Shown here: positions 1 through 9,335 of the stretch, in pieces
How the letters are laid out: every line of letters begins with the position of its first letter
Position numbering within the stretch: the stretch's first letter is position 1
Assembly: GCA_044374875.1 (NCBI GenBank)
Contig: JBILNT010000001.1
Location: forward strand, 2,214 to 66,213
Direction: 5' to 3'
Length of the DNA stretch: 64,000 bases
From: Rubrivivax sp.
Lineage (GTDB): Bacteria; Pseudomonadota; Gammaproteobacteria; Burkholderiales; Burkholderiaceae_C
Position numbers and translations under genes: made by a program
The notes under the pieces: model-generated
The model's input: the letters and a program-made list of their open reading frames with translations, nothing else
The model's database searches: none
What the model was told of the DNA's origin: nothing

Positions 1-416
1 GCGGCGAAATGCGCCATCACGCGGCGGGCGATCGACGGCGACAGCGGCGGCTCGCCCTGCGAGATGCGCTGCAGCTGCTCGGTGATCATCTCCCGCGGCT
101 GCTCCTTCAGGATGTAGCCGAAGGCGCCGGCCTGCAGCGCAGGGAACAGGTGGTCGTCGTCGTCGTGGATCGTCACCACCACCGACTGCGCGTCCGGCTG
201 CACGTCGCGCAGCTTGACCACCACGTCCACGCCGCTGCCGTCGGGCAGCCCCAGGTCGACCAGCGCGAGGTCGAACTTCACCGCCGTGACCAGTGCCACC
301 GCGTCGTGCACGCGCGCGCTCTCGGACAGGTGTGCCCCGGGGAACACCTGCAGCACGAGCTTGCGCAGCCAGGCCCGGATTTCCGGCAGGTCTTCGAGCA
401 GCAGGATGTTCTTCAT
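1..416 (-). CDS. NarL/LuxR-family response regulator (runs off the window start)
   Basis: Manual translation from ATG at 416: MKNILLLEDLPEIRAW...DLALVDLGLPDGSG...VVTIHDDDDHLFPALQAGAFGYILKE...GEPPLSPSIARRV. This is a REC domain with a NarL-type linker, directly downstream of the kinase. Confidence 0.9.
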   Translation of the reverse strand, partial: MKNILLLEDLPEIRAWLRKLVLQVFPGAHLSESARVHDAVALVTAVKFDLALVDLGLPDGSGVDVVVKLRDVQPDAQSVVVTIHDDDDHLFPALQAGAFGYILKEQPREMITEQLQRISQGEPPLSPSIARRVMAHFA

Positions 417-479
417 GTTCGCGCTTGTATCAAGTGTGCCCCTGTCGCTGTGGGGCGAACGTCACGCTTTGTTGCAGCT

Positions 480-2426
480 TCATTGCGGCTCGGTCGCGTG
501 ATCGAGCGGAATCGTGAGCCGGATCACGGTTCCGTGCCCCGGGCGGGACTCCACCAGGCACTGCCCCTGAAGCTGCCGGGCGCGCTGCTTCATGCTGGCC
601 AGGCCGTGGCCGCGGTCCAGGCGGCCGTCCATTTCCATCGGGATCCCTTCGCCGTCGTCGCGGATCACGATGCGCAGGTCGCCGTCGGCGATCACGCACT
701 CGACATCGCAATGCGACGCCCCGCTGTGCTTGATGGCGTTGCTGGTGGCCTCGCGCAGGATGCGGGTGATCTGCACGAAGGCGCGCGCCGAGAGCAACTG
801 CGGCAGGTCGTCCGGCGCCTGCCACCCGGCGTGGATGCCCGCCTGCGCCAGCCGCGACACCACCTCGGCCCGCCAGTCGCCCAGCGCGTCGGCCAGCCGC
901 ACGGGCTTGCCGGTCAGGCCGCGCACCGACAGCCGCATCTCGTCCAGCGCCTCGCGCGCCAGCGTCGAGATGCGATCCGACTCGCTGGTGTGCACGATGG
1001 TCAGCAGCTTGGCGCCGACGTCGTCGTGCAGGTCGGCGGCGATGCGCTTGCGCTCGCGCTCGGTGACCTGCTCCACGCGCAGCTCGGCCAGGTGGCGGAA
1101 CTTGCGCTCGAGCTCGGCCGTGGCCTCGCGCACGCGCTGGTCGATCAGCGCCTTGCCGGCCAGCGCCTCCTGCGGCACCTGCCCGTGTTGCTGCAGCAGC
1201 CACAGGCCGAAGACCACCAGCATCGCACCGAGCAGCGCGTGCAGCGCCGCCGCGGCGCTCGCCTGCGTCCCCGTTGCCTGCACGACGGCCTGCGCCACGG
1301 CGGTCAGCGCGGCCGCGCCCAGCAGCAGTCGCACCGGCCACACCGCTGCGCCCGCAGGCGGCCGGTGTCGTCGCCAGTGCAACGCGCCTGCGGCGGCCAC
1401 CTGCACGGCCAGCACCGCGTACCACGCCGCGGCCACCGGATACAGCCGTTCGGGCCCTGCCAACACCAGCGTCGACGGCACCAGCGCACACTGCAGTGCC
1501 AGCCACCGGTGGGCGCCCGCATGGCGCGTATCCGCGTGCCGCAGCAGGAACTGCACCGCGGCCAGCGTCAAGAACGCGGCCAGGCTGGACAGCAGGAACT
1601 CGGCCACGGCGTCGTCGAAGGGCAGAGTCGGCACCCAGTCCTGTCCGAGGAAGATGGCTGCTGCCGCGCACAGGGCACCGAAGTGGGCCAGTGGGCTCTG
1701 GTGGCGCTGCGCGAAGCCGCGCATGAAGGCGAACCCGCCAAGCAGCACCAGCGCCATCGACAGCGCCTGCGGCACGGCCACGAACAGCACCTGCTGCCAG
1801 GCGTATGCGGCGTGCAGTGCGTCGCGCGGGCCGATCCGCAGCGCCGACAGCGCCCCCGCGCGCTGCCGCCAGCCGACCGCGGCCAGCCCGTGGCCCGCCA
1901 CCCGCAGCTCGAGCCGGTTCGCCCCCGGTCGCAGCGCGGAGGGCGGCAGCGTCACCAGCTGCGGCCGCCCGCATTGCCGCGTCAGCGGCGCGCTCATGCG
2001 GCCGTCGCGGTGGACCAGGCTGCCGTTGAGCCAGACCTCGAAGTTCGTGCATGCCTGCGCCAGGTGCAGGGCCAGGAGCTGCTGGCGGTCGAATGCGGGC
2101 GGCAGCTCGAAGGCGGCCCGGTACCAGCGCACCCGACCTGCCGGCGCGGAGTGCGTCCAGTCGTCGGGCAGGGCAACGGGCCTGCCGGGCGCCGCCGCGG
2201 GCGGTACGCCGGTGCCGGCGTCGTCGATCGCCAGCGCGGTGTCCAGCCTCAGCACCTCGGCGTGGGCGGCGGCCGGCGCGGCTGTCGGTGCCAGCACCAG
2301 CACCAGCACCAGCACCAGCGCATGCAACCGCAGGGCGCGCCACACGAACGAGGTGAACGACATGAAGGGCATGTGCAGCGAGGAGACGCCGGCCGCCGCC
2401 GGACGGGAACGCACGGTCGAAGCCAC
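480..2426 (-). CDS. Membrane sensor histidine kinase (HisKA_3/NarX type, periplasmic domain plus multiple TM helices); start uncertain
   Basis: [15 protein letters not shown]-box, [13 protein letters not shown]-box, DDGEG and GHGLASM G-boxes, hydrophobic segments. The true start may be nearer 2363-2372. Confidence 0.9.
   Translation of the reverse strand: MASTVRSRPAAAGVSSLHMPFMSFTSFVWRALRLHALVLVLVLVLAPTAAPAAAHAEVLRLDTALAIDDAGTGVPPAAAPGRPVALPDDWTHSAPAGRVRWYRAAFELPPAFDRQQLLALHLAQACTNFEVWLNGSLVHRDGRMSAPLTRQCGRPQLVTLPPSALRPGANRLELRVAGHGLAAVGWRQRAGALSALRIGPRDALHAAYAWQQVLFVAVPQALSMALVLLGGFAFMRGFAQRHQSPLAHFGALCAAAAIFLGQDWVPTLPFDDAVAEFLLSSLAAFLTLAAVQFLLRHADTRHAGAHRWLALQCALVPSTLVLAGPERLYPVAAAWYAVLAVQVAAAGALHWRRHRPPAGAAVWPVRLLLGAAALTAVAQAVVQATGTQASAAAALHALLGAMLVVFGLWLLQQHGQVPQEALAGKALIDQRVREATAELERKFRHLAELRVEQVTERERKRIAADLHDDVGAKLLTIVHTSESDRISTLAREALDEMRLSVRGLTGKPVRLADALGDWRAEVVSRLAQAGIHAGWQAPDDLPQLLSARAFVQITRILREATSNAIKHSGASHCDVECVIADGDLRIVIRDDGEGIPMEMDGRLDRGHGLASMKQRARQLQGQCLVESRPGHGTVIRLTIPLDHATEPQ
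2291..2320. repeat. Hexamer tandem repeat (CCAGCA)x4 + CCAGCG
   Basis: Seen directly; encodes the LVLVLVLVL run in the kinase N-terminal hydrophobic segment. Confidence 0.85.
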
Positions 2427-2511
2427 TCTACCGGAGCGTGCGCTGCGACAATGCGCACTTCTGCCGCTTCAAGCGCCCTGCGTGGCCCGCCGCGGCCTCA
2501 GCTCCTCACCC

Positions 2512-3507
2512 GTGATCCGACGCCTCGCCTTCCAGCCCGCCGACAACCGGCGCCTCTCGCACCTGTGCGGGCCCGTCGACGGCCACCTGCGCGCGATCGA
2601 GGCGGCCCTTGGTGTCACCATCTCCCGCCGCGCCGAGGCCTTCGGCATCGACGGCCCGAAGCCTGCCGTGCAGCGCGCCGTCGACCTGCTCGAGCAGCTC
2701 TACCTGCAAGCCGAGGCTCCCATCGGCGACCGCGCGCTGCAGCTCGCCATCGTGCGCGCCACCTCGGCCGAGCCGGCGGGCGCCACCGGCACCACGCCGG
2801 CGGAGGACGCCCCCGTCGTGCTGCACACCCGCCACGCCGACCTGTCGGGCCGCACGCCCAACCAGGTGCGCTACCTGCGGCAGATGCTGGCCCACGACAT
2901 CACCTTCGCCGTCGGCCCCGCCGGCACCGGCAAGACCTTCCTGGCCGTGGCCTGTGCCGTCGACGCGCTGGAGCGCCATGCGGTCCAGCGCATCGTGCTC
3001 ACCCGCCCGGCTGTCGAGGCCGGCGAGCGCCTGGGCTTCCTGCCCGGTGACCTGGCGCAGAAGGTGGACCCGTACCTGCGCCCGCTGTATGACGCGCTGT
3101 ACGACCTGATGGGCTTCGACCGCGTGACCAAGGCCTTCGAGCGCGGCCAGATCGAGATCGCGCCGCTGGCCTTCATGCGCGGGCGCACGCTCAACCACGC
3201 CTTCGTCATCCTCGACGAGGCGCAGAACACCACGCGCGAGCAGATGAAGATGTTCCTCACCCGCATCGGCTTCGGCAGCAAGTGCGTGGTGACCGGCGAC
3301 GTCAGCCAGATCGACCTGCCCAAGGGCACGCCCAGCGGCCTGGTCGACGCCGCGCAGGTGCTTCGCAAGGTCGAGGGCATCGCCTTCACGCACTTCACCG
3401 CCGCCGACGTCGTGCGCCACCCGCTGGTGGCACGCATCGTCGAGGCCTACGACCGCGCCCGCGGTGCAGCCCAGGGCGGCGAAGGCTCGCCGGGCTCCGC
3501 ACCGTGA
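2512..3507 (+). CDS. phoH: PhoH-family ATPase (YbeZ)
   Basis: GPAGTGKT Walker [51 protein letters not shown] start at 2512 lies inside the longer ORF. Confidence 0.95.
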   Translation: MIRRLAFQPADNRRLSHLCGPVDGHLRAIEAALGVTISRRAEAFGIDGPKPAVQRAVDLLEQLYLQAEAPIGDRALQLAIVRATSAEPAGATGTTPAEDAPVVLHTRHADLSGRTPNQVRYLRQMLAHDITFAVGPAGTGKTFLAVACAVDALERHAVQRIVLTRPAVEAGERLGFLPGDLAQKVDPYLRPLYDALYDLMGFDRVTKAFERGQIEIAPLAFMRGRTLNHAFVILDEAQNTTREQMKMFLTRIGFGSKCVVTGDVSQIDLPKGTPSGLVDAAQVLRKVEGIAFTHFTAADVVRHPLVARIVEAYDRARGAAQGGEGSPGSAP

Positions 3508-3986
3508 GCCGGGTCGCCCGGCCCGGGCTCCAGCTCTCGCTGCAGTTCGCCGACCCCCGCCACCGCGAGGCCCTGCCGCGCCACAAGGTCGCGCGCTGGG
3601 TGCGCGCCGCGCTCGAGGCGCCCGGGCAGGTCACCGTGCGCATCGTCGGCGAGGAAGAGGGCCGCACGCTCAACCGCGAGTGGCGCGGCAAGGACTACGC
3701 CACCAACGTGCTCACCTTCGACTACGAGCACGCCCCCGTCGTCGTGGCAGACCTCGTGCTGTGCGCCGCGGTCGTCGAGCGCGAGGCGCGCCGCGCCCGC
3801 AAGGAGCTGTCCGCGCACTACGCCCACCTGCTGGTGCACGGCACCCTGCACGCCCAGGGTTGGGACCACGAGACCGGCGAGGAAGACGCGCAGGCGATGG
3901 AGGCGCGCGAGTCGGCGCTCATGCTCGGGCTGGGTCTTGCCGACCCCTACCGGCGCACGCGTCGCCCGCCCGCCGCGAAGCGGTAG
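3504..3986 (+). CDS. ybeY: rRNA maturation endoribonuclease YbeY
   Basis: [17 protein letters not shown] and [15 protein letters not shown] motifs; GTGA overlap with the phoH stop. Confidence 0.95.
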   Translation: MSRVARPGLQLSLQFADPRHREALPRHKVARWVRAALEAPGQVTVRIVGEEEGRTLNREWRGKDYATNVLTFDYEHAPVVVADLVLCAAVVEREARRARKELSAHYAHLLVHGTLHAQGWDHETGEEDAQAMEARESALMLGLGLADPYRRTRRPPAAKR

Positions 3987-4115
3987 GACTTCGCGCCCGA
4001 GCGTGTTCCCCGTGAGGCACCGCCCCGGGCCACGCCCCCTGCGTGTGAGAATTCCCGGCGCTGCCCGCGACCCGCATCGGGGTGCGGCCCAACCATTCGC
4101 ACCCACCCTCCCAGC

Positions 4116-5123
4116 ATGAAGATCCTGCTCACCGGCGCAGCCGGCTTCATCGGCATGACCAGCGCGCTGCGGCTGCTGGCGCGCGGCGACGAGGTCGTGG
4201 GCCTGGACAACCTGAACGACTACTACAGCGTCCAGCTCAAGCGCGACCGCCTGGCACGCCTGACCCCGCACGAGCGCTTCCGCTTCGTGAAGCTGGACGT
4301 CGCCGACCGCGCCGGGATGGAGAAGCTCTTCGCCGAGGAGCGCTTCGACCGCGTGATCCATCTCGCGGCGCAGGCCGGGGTGCGCTATTCGCTGCAGAAC
4401 CCGCATGCCTACGTCGACAGCAACCTCGTCGGCTTCATGAACATCCTCGAGGGCTGCCGCCACGCCAGGGTGCAGCACCTGGTCTACGCGTCGAGCTCCA
4501 GCGTCTACGGCGGCAACACGAAGATGCCGTTCTCCGAGCACGACAGCGTCGACCACCCCGTCAGCATGTACGCGGCCACCAAGAAGGCCAACGAGCTGAT
4601 GGCCCACACCTACAGCCACCTGTTCGGGCTGCCCACCACGGGGCTGCGCTTCTTCACCGTCTACGGTCCCTGGGGCCGGCCGGACATGGCGCTGTTCCTG
4701 TTCACCCGCGCCATCCTCGAGGGCCGGCCGATCGACGTGTTCAACCACGGGAAGATGCAGCGCGACTTCACCTACGTCGACGACATCGTCGAAGGTGTCG
4801 TCCGCGTGCTCGACAAGCCGGCCACTCCGGCCGAGGGCTTCGACCCCCTGAACCCCGACCCCGGCACCAGCAACGCGCCGTTCCGCGTCTTCAACATCGG
4901 CAACCATGACCCGGTGCCGTTGCTGGACTTCATCGCCGCCATCGAGGAAGCGCTGGGCCGCAGCGCGCGGAAGAACTTGCTGCCGCTGCAGGATGGCGAC
5001 GTGCCGGCCACCTACGCGGACGTCTCGGCCCTGGACGCGTGGGTCGGCTTCGCGCCGGGCACTGGCATCCGCACGGGGATCGGGCGCTTCGTGGAGTGGT
5101 ACCGGGGCTACTACAAGGCCTGA
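4116..5123 (+). CDS. NAD-dependent epimerase, UDP-glucuronate 4-epimerase type
   Basis: [48 protein letters not shown] motifs. Confidence 0.92.
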   Translation: MKILLTGAAGFIGMTSALRLLARGDEVVGLDNLNDYYSVQLKRDRLARLTPHERFRFVKLDVADRAGMEKLFAEERFDRVIHLAAQAGVRYSLQNPHAYVDSNLVGFMNILEGCRHARVQHLVYASSSSVYGGNTKMPFSEHDSVDHPVSMYAATKKANELMAHTYSHLFGLPTTGLRFFTVYGPWGRPDMALFLFTRAILEGRPIDVFNHGKMQRDFTYVDDIVEGVVRVLDKPATPAEGFDPLNPDPGTSNAPFRVFNIGNHDPVPLLDFIAAIEEALGRSARKNLLPLQDGDVPATYADVSALDAWVGFAPGTGIRTGIGRFVEWYRGYYKA

Positions 5124-5143
5124 ATGGGCGTTGCCTGCCCGCG

Positions 5144-6244
5144 CTAGGGGGGCTGCCGGTCGAACAGGGGCTGCACGCGCGCTTGCCAGGCCTTGCGCAG
5201 CAGGTGGGCGACCAGCAGGTGCGCGGGCATGCGCAGCCAGTGGCTGCGGACGTACATCGCGAACTCGGCCGCCGGGGTGAGGGGGGTGCGCCACGAAGGG
5301 TGAGTGCTGCCCAGTGCGGCATCGAGCACCGCATCGATGGCCGGGCGCACCCGCTGGCCGGTGCGGTCCGGGCACGCCGCCGGCACGTCGGCGGGCACCG
5401 GGGTGCCCAGCAGCCGCGAGCAATTCCGCAGCGCATGGTCCAGCGGGCGGCCTGCGCCGAGCTCGGCTGCACGCGCCAGCAGGCGCTCCCAGAAGCCAGG
5501 GCCTGCGGCGAACTGGCGCAACAGGGCGTCGAGATCGGTCAGGTCGCGCAGCCCGTGTCCCCATTCGCCCTCGTGCATCAGGTGCACCGCGCTGTGCAGC
5601 ACCAGGTCCTCCGGACAGGGCACGGACAGGCGCGGCTGCCCCGGCAGCGGCATGGCCCGCTCGAAGACGAGCTCGGAGCGCACGCGCAGACGGGCCGTGC
5701 GTGGCAGCAGGCCGTGGTGCAGGTCCAGCGACGTCCGTCGGCGCAAGTGGCTCATGGGCGGGAGCTCGTGCATCCACTGCCGGTAGTAGCGCTGGTCGTA
5801 GGCGCTCATCGGCGCGACAGCCCAGCCGCCCAGCATGAGTCCGAGCTCTGCCTGGCCGAGCTGCGATCCGGGCACCATCAGGTCGATGTCGGCGAACACC
5901 CGGCCGCGGGCGGGTGCCAGGTCGCCCGCCGCGTAGGCCGCGCCCTTGAGCAGCAGGATCGGCCCGGGCAGGTCGGCGAGGTCGTGCGCCAGTTGCTGCA
6001 TCTCCCACGCCACGGTGCGCCGCTGCGCGTCCGACACGGTCAGCCAGGCGGTCATCGCGCGGTGCACCGGGCCGGGCAGCGCCGCGTCCACGCCGGCGTC
6101 GCGGGCCAGCGCGCCGAGCCGGCCCAGCACGCCGGCGGCGCGCGCCTGGCGCAGCACCAGGTCCCACTGGGCCTCGCTCAGCCGGGCCATGGTGCCGGGC
6201 TCGGCCAGCGCCCGCAGCAACGGCCCGCGCACGTCGCCGTTCAC
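5144..6244 (-). CDS. Nucleotidyltransferase family protein (NTP_transf_5-like), HPr-rel-A system associated
   Basis: LLKGAAY and RVFADIDLMV motifs, LDLHH. GTG start overlaps the kinase stop. Confidence 0.85.
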   Translation of the reverse strand: MNGDVRGPLLRALAEPGTMARLSEAQWDLVLRQARAAGVLGRLGALARDAGVDAALPGPVHRAMTAWLTVSDAQRRTVAWEMQQLAHDLADLPGPILLLKGAAYAAGDLAPARGRVFADIDLMVPGSQLGQAELGLMLGGWAVAPMSAYDQRYYRQWMHELPPMSHLRRRTSLDLHHGLLPRTARLRVRSELVFERAMPLPGQPRLSVPCPEDLVLHSAVHLMHEGEWGHGLRDLTDLDALLRQFAAGPGFWERLLARAAELGAGRPLDHALRNCSRLLGTPVPADVPAACPDRTGQRVRPAIDAVLDAALGSTHPSWRTPLTPAAEFAMYVRSHWLRMPAHLLVAHLLRKAWQARVQPLFDRQPP

Positions 6245-7122
6245 CGCGTCCACCGCTCGAACGTGGCCACGGCCTGGTCGAGCCGCGAGTAGGTGAAGCT
6301 CCAGCATTCGCACAGGTCCACCAGATCGGCAGCGAGTTCGAAACCCACGCGTCCGAGCAGTCCGTAGTTGAACGACTGGTTGCCCAGCGCCACCATCGCG
6401 CCGGCCTTCGACGTCTTGTCCAGCAGCGTCGGCGAGCCGGCCTGGTAGCGCGGGAAGACGATGTGCCCGGGTTTGCCGCGCTCGTCCATGCGCGCCACGC
6501 TGTCGGGCGTGGGCTGCAGGTGCGACACGCTGCCCTTGTGGGTGTCGCGCGCGACGCGGCCCAGCACGGCCTCGGGTGCGAAGCCCCGGATGACGTCGAT
6601 CGATGCGTTCTTCAGGCTGACCGGTCGCGCCAGGGCGCGCACGTGGCCGTCGTCGCGGTCGATCACGGTGATCTCGTCCGACAGCAGGCGCCACCCCGAG
6701 AGCATCAGCGCCGCGGCCAGCGTGCTCTTGCCCGCGCCCGGCTCGCCGCTGAGGATCACGCACGTTCCATGGCGCTCCAGCACCGCGGCATGCAGCAGCA
6801 GGTAGTGGTGGGCCTGCGAGGCGATGCACCAGTTCATGCCCCATTCGAGCAGCGCGAAGGCGTGGTCGGCGGGCAGCGGCTTGAATGGCTCGTGCCCGTC
6901 CACACGGAACGTGACCTGCGGGCGCAGCCATCGCCTGGGCCCGCCCACGCGGTCGATGCTGACGTGGAAGTCGTGAAGGCCGCTCCCGTCGTCGACGGGG
7001 AAGCGCGCGTACAGCGTCTGCAGGCCCTCCGTCACCACGGGCACGCTGCTGCGGATGCGGAAGCGGAACGGCCCGGTGGCCAACCCGATGCCGCGGGCCA
7101 GGCGCTCGCTCAGCCCGCGCAT
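6241..7122 (-). CDS. HprK-related kinase A
   Basis: LLHAAVLE, SGEPGAGKST Walker A, GWRLLSDE; flanked by PqqD-like and nucleotidyltransferase genes. Confidence 0.9.
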   Translation of the reverse strand: MRGLSERLARGIGLATGPFRFRIRSSVPVVTEGLQTLYARFPVDDGSGLHDFHVSIDRVGGPRRWLRPQVTFRVDGHEPFKPLPADHAFALLEWGMNWCIASQAHHYLLLHAAVLERHGTCVILSGEPGAGKSTLAAALMLSGWRLLSDEITVIDRDDGHVRALARPVSLKNASIDVIRGFAPEAVLGRVARDTHKGSVSHLQPTPDSVARMDERGKPGHIVFPRYQAGSPTLLDKTSKAGAMVALGNQSFNYGLLGRVGFELAADLVDLCECWSFTYSRLDQAVATFERWTR

Positions 7123-7376
7123 TCGGTCACCAGCGATAGAGCCTCCAATGCCCGCAGGATCGACTCCATTTCGTCGACGTCCTCGCCGCAGTCTTCAGCC
7201 AGCGCGGCGGCACTCGCCTGCCCGCGCGACGCCAGCGCCTGCAGCGCGTGCCCAGCCACCGCCAGCAGCCGATGGGTGTCGTTGGACAGCCCGTGGTGCA
7301 CGACGCACTCGTCGCCCCACGGACGCACGACGGGGTCGGCGCCAGCGGCCACGCGCCAGGAGGAAACCGGTTGCAA
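7110..7376 (-). CDS. HPr-rel-A system PqqD-family (RRE) peptide chaperone
   Basis: About 88 aa: WGDECVVHHGLSNDTHRL beta region followed by helices ending LRALEALSLV. Overlaps the kinase start. TTG start at 7376 is inferred. Confidence 0.8.
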   Translation of the reverse strand: MQPVSSWRVAAGADPVVRPWGDECVVHHGLSNDTHRLLAVAGHALQALASRGQASAAALAEDCGEDVDEMESILRALEALSLVTECAG

Positions 7377-7489
7377 GGGAGTGCCGAAGGGTGCCTGGTG
7401 GACGACGGTCAACCTTACCGCAGCTGTTCGCCGTGCCGCTGAGCAACCTGTCACGACGGGCGCCGCGTCGAGGCGCGCCCATGCTCCCG

Positions 7490-7549
7490 GGAGGCTGCCG
7501 GGCCGGGGCGCCGAACTGCAGCCGGCGACTCCCCCGTCCGGCAGCCTCC
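7490..7549 (-). terminator. Stem-loop immediately after the stop of the 246-aa gene (attenuator or mRNA stability element)
   Basis: Perfect 12-bp inverted repeat GGAGGCTGCCGG (7490-7501) / CCGGCAGCCTCC (7538-7549); no U-tract. Confidence 0.55.
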
Positions 7550-8289
7550 TAGAAGTCGAAGCTCACCGCCGAGTCGTAGAGCGACTGGAAGTAGGCCCTG
7601 ACCTGGTCACGGTTCATCGACACCGTCGGGCTCACGGTGTAGGTGCCGCCCAGCCGAACGGCATTGAACATGTCGACGACCTGCTTGGGCCGCAGCGGGA
7701 AGTTCGGCGCGAACCTGTAGGCGTTGCACAGCGTTGCCACGGTGGCACGGCCCAGCGCCTTGAGCGCGGTGTCGTTCAGCCCGCCACCGGTGTTTATCAC
7801 CTGCAGCATGGACGCGGCCGTGGATCTGCCGGGGAAGCCCTGCTGCTCGTCGTAGATCACGCCGCCCTTGCAGACGAACGAGCGCGCCAGCGTCGATCCT
7901 TCCGCCGTGTACCCGTTGAAGCGCGTGCCACCTGCGGTGCGGGACACGAGGTCGGTGTTGAAGCACTGCGCCCGGCCCTTGGAGTCGGTCGGCAGGATGC
8001 CATTGACCAGGGGCGACGGCCAGGCCTGGGTCTTCCAGTAGTCGGGCGATTTCCCGAGTTCGTTGCAGGGCGTGGCGTCGCGCGGCACCGACGTGTTGCC
8101 CGACAGCTTGCCGGAGATGGTGCAGTGGTACGGGAGCGTGTCGCCGGCGAGCACCGGGGTGCTGGCGACCGAGCCCAGCAGCACGGGCGCGACCCCGCGC
8201 GCGAAGCGCCTGCGGCCCATGGAGACCGGCGCGTCAGGCGCCCGCCCAGGATGCCCTGACTCGCGCGTCACGTCGATCTCGCTGTTCAT
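7549..8289 (-). CDS. Hypothetical exported protein with twin-arginine-like leader
   Basis: GRRRFARGVAPVLLGSVASTPVLA leader, then CTISGKLSGNTS and GKSPDYWK; strong GC3 codon bias. Confidence 0.8.
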   Translation of the reverse strand: MNSEIDVTRESGHPGRAPDAPVSMGRRRFARGVAPVLLGSVASTPVLAGDTLPYHCTISGKLSGNTSVPRDATPCNELGKSPDYWKTQAWPSPLVNGILPTDSKGRAQCFNTDLVSRTAGGTRFNGYTAEGSTLARSFVCKGGVIYDEQQGFPGRSTAASMLQVINTGGGLNDTALKALGRATVATLCNAYRFAPNFPLRPKQVVDMFNAVRLGGTYTVSPTVSMNRDQVRAYFQSLYDSAVSFDF

Positions 8290-8380
8290 GGGGTCCCTGC
8301 CTGCCTGAATGGATTGCAGGAAATTCTAGTCGCCGGGTCTGCGCCCGGCGCGGCGACGGTACCCCTTGAACCGGGGACCG

Positions 8381-9199
8381 TCATCGCGTCGTGCCCAGGA
8401 GTTCACGCACCCACCGCGCCGGAATGGCATAGCTGATCCCCGTGGGCTGGCTCAGCGCCGACTCGCGCGTGCCCCGCACCAGCACCATGTTCACCACGCC
8501 GATCACCGCGCCGGTGGCGGTGTCGAACACCGGCCCGCCGCTGTTGCCCGGGTAGGCCGTGGCGTCGAGCTGGTAGACCTCGAAGGCGCCCTCCCGCAGC
8601 CGGGCGATGGCGCGGGCGTCCAGCCGCTGGGCGGTCGGCGCCGGCAGCGCGATGCGTGTCACCGACGACACGATGCCACGGTGCGTCACCGGCGAGAAGC
8701 CCAGCACCCCGCCGACCGGGAAACCGATCAGCGCCACCGCCGTGCCCTCGGGCGACAGGGTGTCGGAGGCCAGCGTCAACGGCCTCAGCGGCTCGCCATC
8801 GATGCGCAGCAGCGCCAGGTCGTGCACCCGGTCGGTGCCGACCACGCGCGCCGCGCGCGGATCGTGTTCGCCGCCGCCGCGCGGCACCAGCGCCATCATC
8901 GTCGGTCCGCCAGGCGCATCGACCGACTCGGGCAGCACATGGAAGTTCGTCACCACGTGCAGGCCGTCGCCCACCGCGAAGCCGGTGCCCCGGAACGCGA
9001 ATCGGGGGTTGTCGGTGGCGCTGTAGAGGCCCACCGGCACGATCGAGCCGCGCGCCGCCGCCACCAGCTCCGGCAGGCCACCGGCCACCGAGGCGCGAGC
9101 CCACCCCGGGGCCAGCGGCAGGCAGGCCAGCGTGCCCACCGCCCCCAGCAGGGTCCGGCGCCGCAGCGCGGGGCCTGCATGTGCCTCGTCGTGGCTCAT
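8381..9199 (-). CDS. Trypsin-like (S1) serine protease with Tat-like signal
   Basis: Catalytic triad in VVTNFHV, HDLALL and AYPGNSGGP; LRRRTLLG leader. Confidence 0.9.
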   Translation of the reverse strand: MSHDEAHAGPALRRRTLLGAVGTLACLPLAPGWARASVAGGLPELVAAARGSIVPVGLYSATDNPRFAFRGTGFAVGDGLHVVTNFHVLPESVDAPGGPTMMALVPRGGGEHDPRAARVVGTDRVHDLALLRIDGEPLRPLTLASDTLSPEGTAVALIGFPVGGVLGFSPVTHRGIVSSVTRIALPAPTAQRLDARAIARLREGAFEVYQLDATAYPGNSGGPVFDTATGAVIGVVNMVLVRGTRESALSQPTGISYAIPARWVRELLGTTR

Positions 9200-9330
9200 C
9201 ACGATGCCTTCGGCACTTCGGCCGCCAGCGCCTTGCCCAGCAGCTTCAGCGCCGCGGGCAGGGCCGCCGCGGCGGTGGCGGCCGATGCGCTGCGCAGGGT
9301 GCGCGCCGTGCCCGTGGCGTGACGGCTCAT
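9199..9330 (-). CDS. 43-aa small ORF or gene remnant between prsT and the protease
   Basis: MSRHATGTARTLRSASAATAAAALPAALKLLGKALAAEVPKAS*. Starts 5 nt after the prsT stop, has a TGATG overlap with the protease start, and uses GC3-rich codons. Confidence 0.45.
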   Translation of the reverse strand: MSRHATGTARTLRSASAATAAAALPAALKLLGKALAAEVPKAS

Positions 9331-9335
9331 CGTGA

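Noticed and set aside
2291-2320. Phase variation through the CCAGCA repeat
   Set aside because: The unit length of 6 keeps the frame and only changes hydrophobic segment length.
9-3050. Very long overlapping or antisense ORFs (also 9480..12149, 13259..15949, 19452..22106, 27354..30395, 39911..42139, 58607..60853)
   Set aside because: Shadow ORFs of high-GC coding DNA: Arg/Ala/Gly/Pro-rich, no motifs, each overlapping a well-supported gene.
7420-7440. Sigma-54-like CGGCACGGCGAACAGC upstream of the PqqD-like gene
   Set aside because: GG-to-GC spacing is off by one, and sigma-54 spacing is strict.
5144-9330. Canonical lasso peptide cluster
   Set aside because: No transglutaminase-like B2 peptidase, no precursor with a YxxPxL leader and Thr(-2), and the cyclase-like gene is about 45 kb away among glycosyltransferases.
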